A DNA stretch of 64,000 nucleotides from Macrostomum hystrix (taxonomy: Eukaryota; Animalia; Platyhelminthes): contig CATNEN010000035.1 in NCBI GenBank assembly GCA_950097015.1, positions 1,426,001 through 1,490,000 on the forward strand. Reading direction: 5' to 3'. A model generated the notes under the pieces. That model saw only the letters and a list, made by a program, of their open reading frames with translations. It ran no database searches and was not told the origin of the DNA. Position numbers and translations under genes: made by a program. This document shows, in pieces, positions 51,113-64,000 of this stretch (its first letter is position 1; each line of letters starts with the position of its first letter).

Positions 51113-54104
51113 TCAAAGCAGCTCCTAACAGCTCTCAGCACCGATTTGAACAGGATCTGCACGCGCTTAACTGTTGTTCCTAATATCAGCGAAGTTATTT
51201 TAATAATAGAAGCACTCAAATTCTGTTTACTTACTTAAGTGCCTCCTAAAATATTAATATGCTATAAAAGAGAGAACATAAATTATCAAATGAAACGATT
51301 GTTTCTTTATCTTACTGTGACGCGCGTGATGAAAGTTTAAGCCTAAATGCAGTTATCTTAAGGTTTTTTTTTTCAAATTGAGGCCTAAACATTATGTTAA
51401 TTTACGCGTGACTCACTTTTACAAATAAAAATTTATTACTTCGTATAAAGTAAAAGGCGTAAATTTTAGTATAGAGTTAATTCTGCTTGTGTTAGCTGCA
51501 TCCTCATTTATTAAAATAATTATTGAATAAGGGTGTTATGACCACACACAAAATTTCCCACGCTACCGAGCCATTAACCTTCATTAACCATTAACATGAA
51601 AGCCTCATGTAGTTAAAGTGAGAGTAACTGCTTTAGACAGCTTTGACAGTAAACATTTTTTCAATCCCTTTGAAACAAAGGGAGATACAATCGATCTTTA
51701 TTATTTTATTTTTACACTGGAGCTGCAATGCTACAAATGCTCAAAATACCGCGATGTGCTTTGTAAAATGTATTTTAACTATAACGATCCAATCAGGGAA
51801 ATGAACTACTACACGGACTTTTAGTTTTCTCTACAGCATTTTCGATTAGCATCCTAATCACGATTACGTATTTCTGTATTCAATAGTTCGCATTCACGCA
51901 AAGTTAGGGCCTACACTTCTGTACGACATTTAATTGTATGACTTGCTATGTGTACAAAAAGTATGCACACAGGTAGACGTACACACGACTGTACGTACCA
52001 AAAATGGAGTGAAGTAAAAATATTGAAAGAGACAAATAGCTCACTCTGTGAATATAAACAAAAAGAAACAACAGACATTATAACTAGCTACACAGGCGAC
52101 ATCTTAAGCAAGCCTTTAAACTATATTTATTGGTTAAGTAATTAAAAACATTCAAAGAGGTATAAATAAACTATACATTGTCGGCAGTTAGAAAAACATG
52201 CCGAAAGACAAACTAGAGCCATTTGATGTAGCTAGTTCTAATAGGCCTACTTGCTAGGCTATTAGAACTAGTAATAAGCAATTCATTTTCAGTGTCACTC
52301 TGCTGCAGCCGATGGATATTGCCGCATGGATGTCCTCAGGCCGCGACACTAGCTAGCTAGAACTGGGACTAGAACTACTAAAATTAAATCTGTGCTTCGT
52401 TAGAAGTAGGCCTAAGGGCTAGTTTGCTTATTTTTAATTTTACTATGGTCTAGCCTGCCTAGCCTAGGCCCAACTAACTACACAAAATCATCTAGAGTTT
52501 TAGAGTAGATAAACTATATACATAGGCATGTATTGCAACTATTTCTATACAATATAAATCAACAGCCATAAAAGGGACTAGCCTCTTCATGCAATATAGT
52601 TACTAGTATCTAGGCCATCTTACATTCTAAAATAAGAAAACAATTTTTATAATAATTATTCATCAGGTAAAGTTTATTGTACAAAATGATCTTTTTTGAT
52701 AAATTCAGAACTTTTATTTAGGTCAACTATAAACTAAATTTATTGTACATTAATTAGTTAGTCCAGCTACATTCCCAGTGTAAGCCTTAGTTAGTTACTA
52801 TGTTATGTACTAAAAGGTACTTTGGTACTTTTACAAAGCTGGCTTGCTAGCCATATTAAATGATATGCCCTAATGAGTAATGACATAGTTAATCCTTTAA
52901 ACTATAGCTAACCTGTTTATCTAAGGCCTAAGCAACTATTATTCTAGGCCCTAGTTGTTAATCTTAATCTAATCAAATTAAATCAAATATTGTAGACAGT
53001 ATTCATACTAGCCTAGTAGTAATGCAATTTTAAAAGACCCACTTTACTAATAATATTTTTTATTTAATATTTTTAGGTTTAACTAATATATTATTTGCTG
53101 TTATTATTAACTAATGTGCTTCATATCTTGATCAAAGTAGGCCTTAGGACAAAATGAATATCTTAAATTTAGGTGAATACTTGTGTGATTCCATAGGGGC
53201 CTACAACTTATACAGATTAGAACATAATGTACAATGTTCTTAGACAGTTTTATTGTCTAAATTTTAAAGGCACTATTTACAACTTGTAAGCAAAATAAAG
53301 ACTTTTTGTCATTATTATGCAACATACTTAGTTACATAATGAAGCTTATATATATTTTTTTTCAAATTTGTCAATCATTCAGTTATAACCATAACATCAC
53401 ACTTGCTTATATTTTATGTAGTTCTACTTTATATTCTCTTTGTCAGATATTAGTACTTCAACAAATTCAATATATATATATATATTATATATGTCCTGAA
53501 TATGTTATGTATGTCATATTTACATTGTTGTATTACCATTTAATAATATGAAAATGGCAAAATCTGTAATGGTTTGCTATCTACAGCAAGTTATTCCATT
53601 TTTGTAAGGGTAACAAGCAACCAAAACTGGCTATTAAGTTGTTTTGAAATAAAATGCAAAAAGTATAGCTAATTTTAGTTTGTTGTAAGTTGAAGTGTAT
53701 TTTATTCTTAATTGGGTTTGGAAACTGATTTTGTATGACATTTCAAGTGTTTCATAATGATTTATTGAATTATTTAGTTTTGTGTCACAAATCGCTTTCA
53801 ATTATATGGTAAGAAATGAGGCTGTTATTGCTCAATTTTTTTATGCTTTTATTTCTAGTTTTATTCGCAAACTAACTGATAATATGGAACAACTTTGTTT
53901 TTGCTTATATTTTAAATTTTAAATATTCAAACTAAAAACTAATATGTAAATGTTAAACATTGTGTGCTAGCTTTGTTTAGAAATTAGAATTTGGTCATAT
54001 CACATTTCAGCAAGGCCACCTATTGGGCCATACAACATTCATCCATCCCGCTGGACCCCGTCTGTCAGTGTCTCATTATTCCCAGTCCCTCCGTTCCCCC
54101 CTGG

Positions 54105-57100
54105 ATGACCTCGAATTCCGCCGAACAAGTCGAGCCGGCTAGCCATGAGACAGCCGAGAGCTGCTCACCTGCTGATCGAAAGCGCATGGCAGCTGACTCA
54201 GAAGCCATGGCACGCACGCCGTCAGCTGTAGATAGCTCCCCACTCCCCAGCAAGAGAAGCAACAATGAAAACAAAGACAATGAAACTAATGAGGACGACG
54301 AGCACGCGACATTCGCCACGGCCAAGCTGATTGAGCCGAAGCACATGTCCAACGGCCAGTACATACCCAAGATTCGCATCAGACTGTTGAACCCGACTGC
54401 CTCGGCTACTGACACCGACTCGCCTGATGGCACTGCGTCACCGGCTACCATGCCTTCAGCTGGAGCTGCAGGTGCACTTCGCGAGTCACGACTTCGCGGC
54501 CTGCTGATGCGGGGGTCTGGTTCTGCTGCTGCTGGCGCTCCATCAAGTAAAGCGTCTGTGCGCAAGATTATTGGAGTAAGGGACTTTGGCAGAACCATGC
54601 ATATTGCTCATTGACTGATTTATTACCTGCGATTCTGACAAAATCTCAACTTCTGACAACACCTAAGTGTCTCACCTGACACCTCATTGACTCACCTGAC
54701 GCCTCACTGTCTTACCTGACACCTCTCTGTCTCACCTGACACCTCACTGTCACACCTGACACCCCAATGTCTCACCTGACACCTCACTGTCTCACCTGAC
54801 ATCTCAATGTCACTGCATTTTCTTCGTTTAATCCTAAGAGAAATCGTCAGTTTCACCCGGCCTCCTCTGTTTCACCCGGTTCCAGACCTCAGCCAAAGTG
54901 GCGAAGCGCAAACCCGCGCCTGTCATCCCTGCCGGAAGCGCCAGCGCCAGCGGTGTTACCACCGTCGGCTCCGTCGCCAGCGCTAGCTCCGGCGTCAAAA
55001 GCGTAGCCAAGAAACTAAACTCCAGGTGCATTGTTAAGCGATACCTGGACTTGGAAAATCCTAATTCGCTTCTGGCTAAAATTAACCTCAAGGTAAGCCT
55101 GTCTTGTTCTACACAGTGTAAAAATTTTTTCCTTCTGATTCTCATGCCCCTTATTTCGTTCAAGCTTTTAGTTAACCCATTCAAGCACAAGTCTCTGTGT
55201 TCCCAAAGATATCACATCTTTATTTCCCTAAGTATCTCAAATCCTTATTTACCCAACGATCTCAGATCGGGATACTTGGGTTCGATTCCGCGGCGAGGGC
55301 ACATTAATTTGGGGTTTGTCTTGCAATTTAAGCCCTTGACGGCCAACCTCCAGTGACAGTGTACACTCCGCTGTCTGCCTGCCTGCCTGCGATGAGAAAG
55401 TCAGGGCAGATGTACACACCTGTGTGAGTGTGTGCCTGCGTACGGTATCTGTGTGCGTGTGTGCTCAGGAGTCAGCAAAATGGGCAGATGTGCCTTCTCG
55501 CTGGCTGCGGGTCTGGTGTCACCAAATTATGTACAATTGCTCCTGCAATTATTCCAATTTTTTAATTTAGGTCTCAAATCCTCATTTTCCCAAGGATTTC
55601 ACACAAAGCCTAGTTTTCGATCTCCTGGCGTCCTACTGAAACCCGTATTAAAAATCCCACGTTTGCCGTCTCTGCAGGCCCTTGTTAACGCCGCAAACTT
55701 TGAGCGTCTGCCGCTGGAAGCCCGTCAGCGGCTGCTGGCCTATTTTCCGCCGTGCGATCGGCCCGGAGCCGACGACGGCGTCAAACTGCCACCAGGCGCT
55801 CTCAACAACGAATTCCTGGCCAAAAGCCTGCTTGAATTTACTAGGCGATTGCAACGCGGCGACTTCCGAGTGCGTCAAGTGCGCGCCGCTGCCGCCGCTG
55901 GCGCTGCTGCCGCAGCTGCTGCTGCAGCCGCCGCAGCAGCCGCGTCAGCTGCTCCTGCGTCACTGCCGCCGCCTCCGCCTCTGCTACCGCCGCCTTCATC
56001 GTCGCCTTCAATAAAGCTAGAAAAGTTGGAGCCAAAACTCGAGCCAAAACTGGAGTCCCCGCAGCAACAGCAGCAGCCGGAGTCCGCCGGTTCCGCATCA
56101 GCCGTCGGTGCCAGCAGCCCAATGAGCCAGGCATCGGCCTCAGCAAGCTCACAGGAAGACGGCGGCGAGTCGCCCTCGCCTAGGCCTCTATTCGCCAAGC
56201 CCCGCGGTGCGCCGCCGATCGCGGCCAGCAAAGGCAAGCCGGGCGCTAAAGCTGCCGCTGCCTCTGGCCGCATTGTTATCAAGCGAACCGCCAGCGGCGA
56301 ACTGCAGGCCCGGTTAAACAGCGGCGCCGATTCTCATTGCGTTGACCTGGCTGTCGGCGCTGATCTAGCCGCGCCGCGCCAGACTAGGACTCTAGCTAGC
56401 GTGCGCGAACGGCTACGAGCTAAGCGGGCAGCCAACTTGCTGGCTTCGGCCGGCTCGCCGGTACCTGCAGCAAGTCAGTTTTCACCGCCTCCTCCGCCGC
56501 CGCCGCCGCCGCCGCTGCCAAAGTTTCCACAGCAGCATCGACAGCAGCCTTATTTAATTTCGACCTCTTCAGACAGTGTTTCAGCAGCGCCATCATCAAC
56601 TCTATCTTTTACAACTTCCACTATATCGCTTGCGTCGCCTCTGCCTGCAGCGGCGTTGCCTCAGCCTCCGTCGCTGCCAACTGTTGTGGCGAATCAGCTG
56701 ACTCTAACAAATCTGGCGACTTCCTCTCCTACGCCCGCCTCAGCCTTGTCTCTGCTGGCATCTCCGCTGCGTTCCCTGCCAGCTACCTCTGGTCTGTCAG
56801 TGTCATTAACTCCATCGCCGCAGCATCAGCATCAACAGCAGCAGCATCAGCATCAACAGCAGCAGCATCAGCATCAATCCACGCCTGTGATCGGCGCAGC
56901 TTCAATTCGTCCAAACAATCGCCGACCGATAGCTATAGTGCAGCCGACCAAGACTCCGCAGCAGGCCTTCAGTGTGCCCTCAGCCGCGGTCGCAGTTGCA
57001 TCAAACTCATCGGCGCCGTTGCCAACTGCTTCAGTTGAAGGCTTCCAATCTGTGATGTTTGGCAGCCAGCAGATGTACCTCATACCGGCTATACCAGCTC

Positions 57101-57288
57101 ATCTGCAGGGCGCCCAGTTGAATCTAGTCGGCCTGGCGGTAACAGCTTCAACTTCTAGCCCGGCTGTAGGCAGCGCCAGCGGCGGCGGAGTTGCAAACGG
57201 CGGCGGCAGCGGAGCTTCTGCCGCGACAAGCAGCGGCAAGGACAATGGTCGAGAGGCTGCCGCTCTGTGTGTTCAGAAACCGTGTTAA
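54105..57288 (+). CDS. Asx: Additional sex combs (Asx/ASXL) homolog; exons about 54105-54575, 54886-55092, 55678-57288
   Basis: The spliced join AAG|GTAAGC...CTGCAG|GCC gives LENPNSLLAKINLK-ALVNAANFERLPLEARQRLLAYFPPCDR...ALNNEFLAKSLLEFTRRLQRGDF, the ASX DEUBAD domain including the NEF motif. Phase-0 junctions are consistent. The start codon and 3' end are uncertain. Confidence 0.85.
54660..54815. repeat. ~20-bp repeat (CTCACCTGACACCTCACTGT)n in Asx intron 1
   Basis: Direct inspection. Confidence 0.88.
55265..55560 (+). mobile_element. SINE family A in Asx intron 2
   Basis: GGGTTCGATTCCGCGGCGAGG head remnant plus shared body; explains the non-Asx N-terminus of ORF 55432-57288. Confidence 0.9.
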
Positions 57289-57889
57289 TCAGTATGTTCG
57301 CAACTGCACTACTGTTAGTAGATGGTTCTGTACGAACTGTCAACAATGTCGCCTTAACTGTTCACGTTCTGTATTTGAACACTAGCCCAGGGCAGCTGCT
57401 ATATAGATTTCATGCCGCAAAGGCCTGCTTTATATTAGGTATTTTATGCGTGAATCGCTTCGTTAATTTATATTCGACAGTGTTTATATACAGAGCCTAT
57501 AATTATAAATTGAAACGTGATTCTTTGCCATGCTTTGTTTGCTATTTACTCATCAGTTTCTGGCTGAAATTCGTGCACAAAACATTTTTTAAATGTTTTT
57601 TCTCTCTCCAGTCCGGCTTTTCAATAGCGTGCGCTACTAGCGGCTGTGTTAACCCTAATCATTGTACTCGTAATATCAGCCTCTGTTCATACCATGCGCG
57701 ATGTATATACATTTGTGGCCATGTTTTCTGTCATTGCTTTCTGTTTTGTCATATTACCGTTACTACTAAGGTATTGGTAGCGAATTTTGCTTTTTAGATC
57801 AATTTCTGCCTAAAAACCGATTTTATCCAATATAATTTGCTACACTTCATTTACATTTTATGACTGAATATTTTACTGTTTGGAGGGCT

Positions 57890-59335
57890 AAACTATAGAC
57901 TATTTGAGGGGCTGAATTACAGACTAATTGAGGGGCTGAATTACAGACTATTTGAGGGACTGAATTACAGACTAATTGAGGGGCTGAATTACAGACTAAT
58001 TGAGGGGCTGAATTACAGACTAATTGAGGGGCTGAATTACAGACTAATTGAGGGGCTGAATTACAGACTATTTGAGGGACTGAATTACAGACTAATTGAG
58101 GGACTGAATTACAGACTATTTGAGGGACTGAATTACAGACTAATTGAGGGGCTGAATTACAGACTAATTGAGGGGCCGAATTACAGACTAATTAAGGGGC
58201 TAAATTACAGACTATTTGAGGGACTGAATTACAGACTAATTGAGGGGCTGAGTTACAGACTAATTGAGGGGCTGAGTTACAGACTAATTGAGGGACTGAA
58301 TTACAGACTAATTGAGGGGCTGAATTACAGACTATTTGAGGGGCTGAATTACAGACTAATTGAGGGGCTGAATTACAGACTAATTGAGGGGCTGAATTAC
58401 AGACTAATTGAGGGGCTGAATTACAGACTAATTGAGGGGCTGAATTACAGACTATTTGAGGGACTGAATTACAGACTATTTGAGGGACTGAATTACAGAC
58501 TATTTGAGGGACTGAATTACAGACTAATTGAGGGACTGAATTACAGACTAATTGAGGGGCTAAATTACAGACTATTTGAGGGACTGAATTACAGACTAAT
58601 TGAGGGGCTGAATTACAGACTAATTGAGGGACTGAATTACAGACTATTTGAGGGACTGAATTACAGACTAATTGAAGGGCTGAATTACAGACTAATTGAG
58701 GGACTGAATTACAGACTATTTGAGGGACTGAATTACAGACTAATTGAGGGACTGAATTACAGACTATTTGAGGGACTGAATTACAGACTAATTGAGGGGC
58801 TGAATTACAGACTAATTGAGGGACTGAATTACAGACTAATTGAGGGGCTGAATTACAGACTATTTGAGGGACTGAATTACAGACTAATTGAGGGGCTGAA
58901 TTACAGACTAATTGAGGGACTGAATTACAGACTAATTGAGGGACTGAATTACAGACTAATTGAGGGGCTGAATTACAGACTAATTGAGGGGCTGAATTAC
59001 AGACTATTTGAGGGACTGAATTACAGACTAATTGAGGGGCTGAATTACAGACTAATTGAGGGACTGAATTACAGACTAATTGAGGGGCTGAATTACAGAC
59101 TATTTGAGGGACTGAATTACAGACTAATTGAGGGACTGAATTACAGACTATTTGAGGGACTGAATTACAGACTATTTGAGGGACTGAATTACAGACTAAT
59201 TGAGGGACTGAATTACAGACTAATTAAGGGGCTGAATTACAGACTAATTGAGGGACTGAATTACAGACTATTTGAGGGACTGAATTACAGGCTTATTGAG
59301 GGGCTGAATTACAGACTATTTGCGGGGCTGAAAGC
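57890..59335. repeat. 24-bp minisatellite (GAATTACAGACTAATTGAGGGGCT)n, about 60 copies
   Basis: Direct inspection. Confidence 0.98.
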
Positions 59336-60089
59336 TTGTAATTCAAAGTTTTAGTCAATATTTTGTTTCCTAATCGTTTTTAATTTTCGCCTATTATTCA
59401 ATGATTAATTGTTTTTCTCGAAACTACCAGTTAGAAACCGCCGTTTATTGTGCCTTTTCACGCTGCAGTCTGCTCTGCTGCTTAACTAGCTAGAACTCGT
59501 ATTTGGGACCAAAGTTAATATCCTGAAGTTATATTTCATTCAGTTTGTGTTAGGCATCGCGCGTCATGTACTGTACACCCTACTCATTAGTAGCTTAGAG
59601 GCCATCCGGGATGTTGCTATGACTCTTCCTGCTATGACGCGTCTGTTAAGGTTTCTTTTTTGGCCTGTCTGTATTCATTAGTCAATTTTGCTAGCTTTTT
59701 CATATAATAAAAACACAGCATTACAGCAAACTCATTTCTTCTCAACTGGGCTAATAAAATTATTATTATTTAACCACACTAATATTTGCAAATTTATGCA
59801 CTTTTTATGCAAATATATGATCTGTTTTCTGTCTACCACTGTGTGAAATCGTTGCAAGAGTTATTCAACATCAAGTATGATCTTCGTTTGCGATTTTAAA
59901 CTTATTTTGTTTAAGAAATGTGGTCATCGTTTTTTTCCGTGGGGTAAAATGTCTTCTAGCACAATACTTCGTGCTGGACTTTTAACGATGAGCTCTTTAA
60001 CATACTACCGTTTCGGAGGAGCGAAAAGTAAGAGAAGTGATATTTGCGTACGATGTAGCAGCCGTTTTTCTCGATAGATATTTTCCTTG

Positions 60090-60895
60090 ATCGATAACGA
60101 TTTTGCTCCTCGATCGATAACGATTGTACTCCTCGATTGATAACGAGTTTAGTCCTCGATTGATAACGAGTTTAGTCCTCGATTGATAACGAGTTTAGTC
60201 CTCGATTGATAACGAGTTTAGTCCTCGATTGATAACGATCGTAATCCTCGATCGATAACGAGTTTAGTCCTCGATCGATAACGAGTTTAGTCCTCGATCG
60301 ATAACGATTTTGCTCCTCGATCGATAACGATTGTACTCCTCGATTGATAACGAGTTTAGTCCTCGATTGATAACGATTGTAATCCTCGATCGATAACGAG
60401 TTTAGTCCTCGATCGATAACGAGTTTAGTCCTCGATTGATAACGAGTTTAGTCCTCGATTGATAACGATTGTAATCCTCGATTGATAACGAGTTTAGTCC
60501 TCGATTGATAACGAGTTTAGTCCTCGATTGATAACGAGTTTAGTCCTCGATTGATAACGAGTTTAGTCCTCGATTGATAACGAGTTTAGTCCTCGATTGA
60601 TAACGAGTTTAGTCCTCGATCGATAACGAGTTTAGTCCTCGATTGATAACGAGTTTAGTCCTCGATTGATAACGATTGTAATCCTCGATTGATAACGAGT
60701 TTAGTCCTCGATTGATAACGAGTTTAGTCCTCGATTGATAACGAGTTTAGTCCTCGATTGATAACGAGTTTAGTCCTCGATCGATAACGAGTTTAGTCCT
60801 CGATCGATAACGATTTTAGTCCTCGATTGATAACGAGTTTAGTCCTCGATTGATAACGATTGTACTCTTCGATCGATAACAAGTTTTGTTCTCGA
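60090..60895. repeat. 23-bp minisatellite (CGATTGATAACGAGTTTAGTCCT)n
   Basis: Direct inspection. Confidence 0.97.
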
Positions 60896-61502
60896 TCGGT
60901 ACTCCAGTGCTGAATTACTCAACCCGTTTTAAAAAAATTAACTTTTTTGAGTTTCAATTTCTCCTCGGAGACTTTTTGTCTGTTTTAGGCCTGTACAGAG
61001 TCGGTTATATAAGCTCAAGTTTTGGCTTGTTTTTATTGACAAGTTCTCTTCACTATGTTTATGTTAATCAGATCGAAAAATTGAATCTTAGAAATCTTAC
61101 CCAGTGATAGTTGAATGAAACAACTATATATGCGGGTGCAGGGCTCACCTTGCTGGAAATTTAGAAGAATGGCACCATACCATATTCATACTTGTAAATA
61201 TTTTATAAGTAGCCACAACTGCGAGTAAGACGATGAAAGACGTAGATTGCTACTGATGCCAGTCGAGTAGCATCTTTGGTGAATAGCAACACTCTGCACT
61301 TTATATCATTTCAGTGTCTGCCTGAACTGAAGTCTCTCTCAGTCTCTGCCCTGTTCCCATTTTTTTGTACTTAAGTTGCTTGTTAGTTGGAAATTTCCAG
61401 GAAAAAATCTTCGTAGACTTGCATACATATTTCTGCGCTCGCTGCGAAATTTACAAGCCAGCTTTCATGGTAAACTTTGGATCTTCAGACTCTGAACCCA
61501 CC

Positions 61503-61643
61503 ATGCTTGCTTCTGTGCAGTTGCTGCTGCTGCTGCTGCTGCTAACAATTAAAGTGCAGTCCCATTCTCTTAGTGAAGCCGAATTTATTCAGTACCTTAG
61601 GGACGCTGAAAGTGCCGCCAATGCTATTGCGAATTTTTGTAAG
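61503..61643 (+). CDS. Possible signal-peptide-encoding first exon (MLASVQLLLLLLLTIKVQS...AANAIANFCK)
   Basis: Hydrophobic N-terminus and AAG|GTAGAA donor in phase 0; the poly-Leu is a CTG repeat, which weakens the call. Confidence 0.4.
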
Positions 61644-61777
61644 GTAGAAAAAACTTTTAAGTGCAGTGTCAAGATGTGAAGCCGCGAAATCAAGTGCACT
61701 GTGCAGTAATTAAAACCTAAATGCTCGTCAACTCGTAACTTCTGCGCCAACGGAGTTCCTCATGTACTCGCTTTTAC

Positions 61778-61875
61778 CCGGCGGCAGCTCGGCGAGAATG
61801 TGAGCATCATCGACCTGAAAAAGGCCTACCTGCAGCTAAGAGTGGACCCCAGTCTTTGGCGGTACCCAGCCGTTG
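61778..61875 (+). mobile_element. LTR-retrotransposon reverse transcriptase relic
   Basis: RRQLGENVSIIDLKKAYLQLRVDPSLWRY resembles the RT motif (S.IDL..AY.Q) of Ty3/Gypsy-type elements; flanks are not open. Confidence 0.65.
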
Positions 61876-62474
61876 CCAGAACTTCTACCATAGACAATCC
61901 CTGTATGTTTGCGCAGGAACCCAAGTAAAGCGCTTGCGGCTCAAAAATATATTCTTAATTAGTTCTTGGCACTCAGACTAACTTATGCACACAACTACAA
62001 AAAAGTTCGTCTGTCCGTTTTAAATTAATCCCCAGTGATTTTATTCATGCAGCTTTTGAAAAATCTGACATGAGATATTTTGTAAGCTCTAAGTTAATCA
62101 TTCTTTCGAAAAATTTTCTTGAAGGGACTCTGTGATCCTTTTGAGTTTTAGTGCATTTTTAATAAACATTTTTACTTCGTAGAAATCGTCAGCAAATTTT
62201 TACCAGCTCGGACTTACCTCTACTGATAAAGTTCCGACTATGCTACCAACAGTAGGCACAAATGAAAATTCACTTAAGTCTACAAAAGCTAGCAGAAAGT
62301 TGAATCAGAGTCAAAGACAATTAAGATCAGTTTCACAGTCGCTTCCGGATTGGCTGGGCATAAAACTATAAAGACTGCAGGCATCAATTAGCAGCTGTTC
62401 AGTTCACTTTTCCCCTTGACTATCAAACTTCGAAACTAACAAGCATTAGATTGGAAATGACTGCTTCGTTGCGG

Positions 62475-64000
62475 ATGCCGACGAAGCAATTGACGCTGAT
62501 ATTTAATGTGCTGCTATTGGCGCTACTGCAAGAAGCCGCAGCAGCTACGGAGTCGCCGATGTCATGGACCACGCGTGCTCCCACGACACCAGCACTTATG
62601 CCGATCTCGACACCGGCGTCACCAGTCGACGGCTACTCGACGCAGCCGAGAGTGGCCGCAGCCCAGCTAGACCTGGCAGACCGAATGGCGGCCGAGCTGT
62701 CCGACTGGGCCGGCCAGCTGGCCGAGTCTGGAGCTGATGTGGACAGCGTTCGACAGGCCAGGTACACGCGGACTGCAGCGGGCGCCATCGAGATGATCGG
62801 AAACTTTCACAAGGTAATGAGCGCTCAAAAATGTTGTCTCTGTGAAATTCTCACTTTTCAACTTTTAGTTGTCAGTTTTTACATTGTTATTTTTCATTTA
62901 AAGTAAAGTTTTTCGAGGCGCGCATTTTAAATTTTTGTTCCGATATGGTGCATTGTAGGTAATCCGAATTTCTGGAAAGGGACAGAACTTTAAATGGTGT
63001 CTGAGAATAATTTTCCATCTTCAAGTCCTGTCTAAGTAAATGCAGAAGGAGTTAAACAAAAGCTCACTGAAGACACTAAACTGCGCATTCAGCAATTCAG
63101 CTGTCAGATAACGATAAGCCAATGCGAGTCACGCGATCTACTTGGCATTCTTCGCAAACAGTTCTGCGAGTGTGCGCATGCGGTGCTGGCAAAATGGCTC
63201 CAATTAGGTTCGGATAAACAAAACCAGCCTGACGTTGAAAGCATTCTAGGCAGGCGGTGCAGAGGATGGATGGTCCGATAAGGGGCACAAAGGAGAGATA
63301 AATATTGGGAAAGCCAGCCTTTTGCTGGGTACATATAAAATGTACATTGACTTTGAATCATCAAGTTCGAAGGCATCTGAACCTTGAAAACTGCACGTGA
63401 CAAACTGTAAGCATAAGCAAGGACCTATTTTACCCCACAGAAGCAACAAGGCAAGAAGCCATTCCCAAAAGGCCAAAATCGCACCACATTCGGCCCAAAT
63501 AGGATTTATGTTCGCAACTAACCACATCGCAACAGCAACGACAATGATATATAAAGTTTGATAGATTTTAGGCTAGTAATACTTTAGATTAGCATTATAT
63601 ATCGACAACTCCGACAGCATAATATTACTTACCTAAAAAGCTGCTTTTGTATGCCTCTATGACGTCAAAAAAGAAAACATTTTTCATCGCATTAGCAATG
63701 TGATCATAACATGTCACAATTGAATTTGAAAACAAAAAACACTTCCAATTGTGACAAGATTAGCTTTTGTATCTTTACAATGAACGCTAAAGTGTAAATG
63801 CAACAGGGAAAATCATTTGAAGTTATTAAAAAGTCAGCTTTCCAAACTGAATGCAATTAAAAGCAAACGCAAAAACTTATTCACACAGAAACTGGGCATC
63901 GCTGCGAAATTGACTGCCTTTGTGGCCTCCATGCTGCTGCCCAGTGAGACCGAGGTGCTCACCGGCATCGTACTCCGTCGCTTCAGCGAGGTCAACCAGC
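62475..64000 (+). CDS. Secreted or membrane protein, 5' part (exons 62475-62813 and 63889->edge); tentatively alpha2delta/CACHD1-like N-terminus
   Basis: Signal peptide MPTKQLTLIFNVLLLALLQEAAA, Thr/Pro linker, helical segment, AAG|GTAATG donor; phase-0 acceptor TTCACACAG|AAA CTG gives KLGIAAKLTAFVASMLLPSETEVLTGIVLRRFSEVNQ. The family guess rests only on architecture. Confidence 0.6.

Noticed and set aside
55432-55677. N-terminal 82 aa of the 618-aa ORF
   Set aside because: Lies in Asx intron 2 and is SINE family A sequence; the true exon starts at the acceptor at 55677.
63097-63527. Short ORFs inside the last intron
   Set aside because: No homology signal, and the plus-strand candidate exon ends in phase 1, incompatible with the phase-0 flanking exons.
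50819-64000. Co-oriented roadblock, Asx and secreted-protein genes as an operon
   Set aside because: Intergenic gaps of about 3-4 kb containing satellites; co-orientation alone is not evidence of polycistronic transcription.

Overview
Eukaryotic, intron-rich and very repeat-dense DNA. GC/Ala-rich exons separated by intron-filling minisatellites suggest a Macrostomum-like flatworm (inference, not verified). The dominant gene is a 21-exon filamin on the minus strand (46957->21021, about 2190 aa by my splice model) with an actin-binding domain and 18 Ig repeats. It lacks the equivalents of vertebrate Ig20 and Ig22 and carries two +1 frameshifts plus small frame-preserving exons. Other genes: intronless RPL38 (-), a short secreted peptide precursor (-), an unidentified GC-rich gene convergent with filamin (+), intronless dynein light chain roadblock (+), an Asx/ASXL homolog with a split DEUBAD domain (+), and the start of a signal-peptide protein running off the right edge (+). 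Mobile DNA: two tRNA-derived SINE families (7 and about 4 copies), a decayed Tc1/mariner, a probable solo LTR and an LTR reverse-transcriptase relic. About 35 unrelated tandem arrays explain most long ORFs in the track. Exon boundaries were worked out by hand; they are phase-consistent but not confirmed by transcripts.
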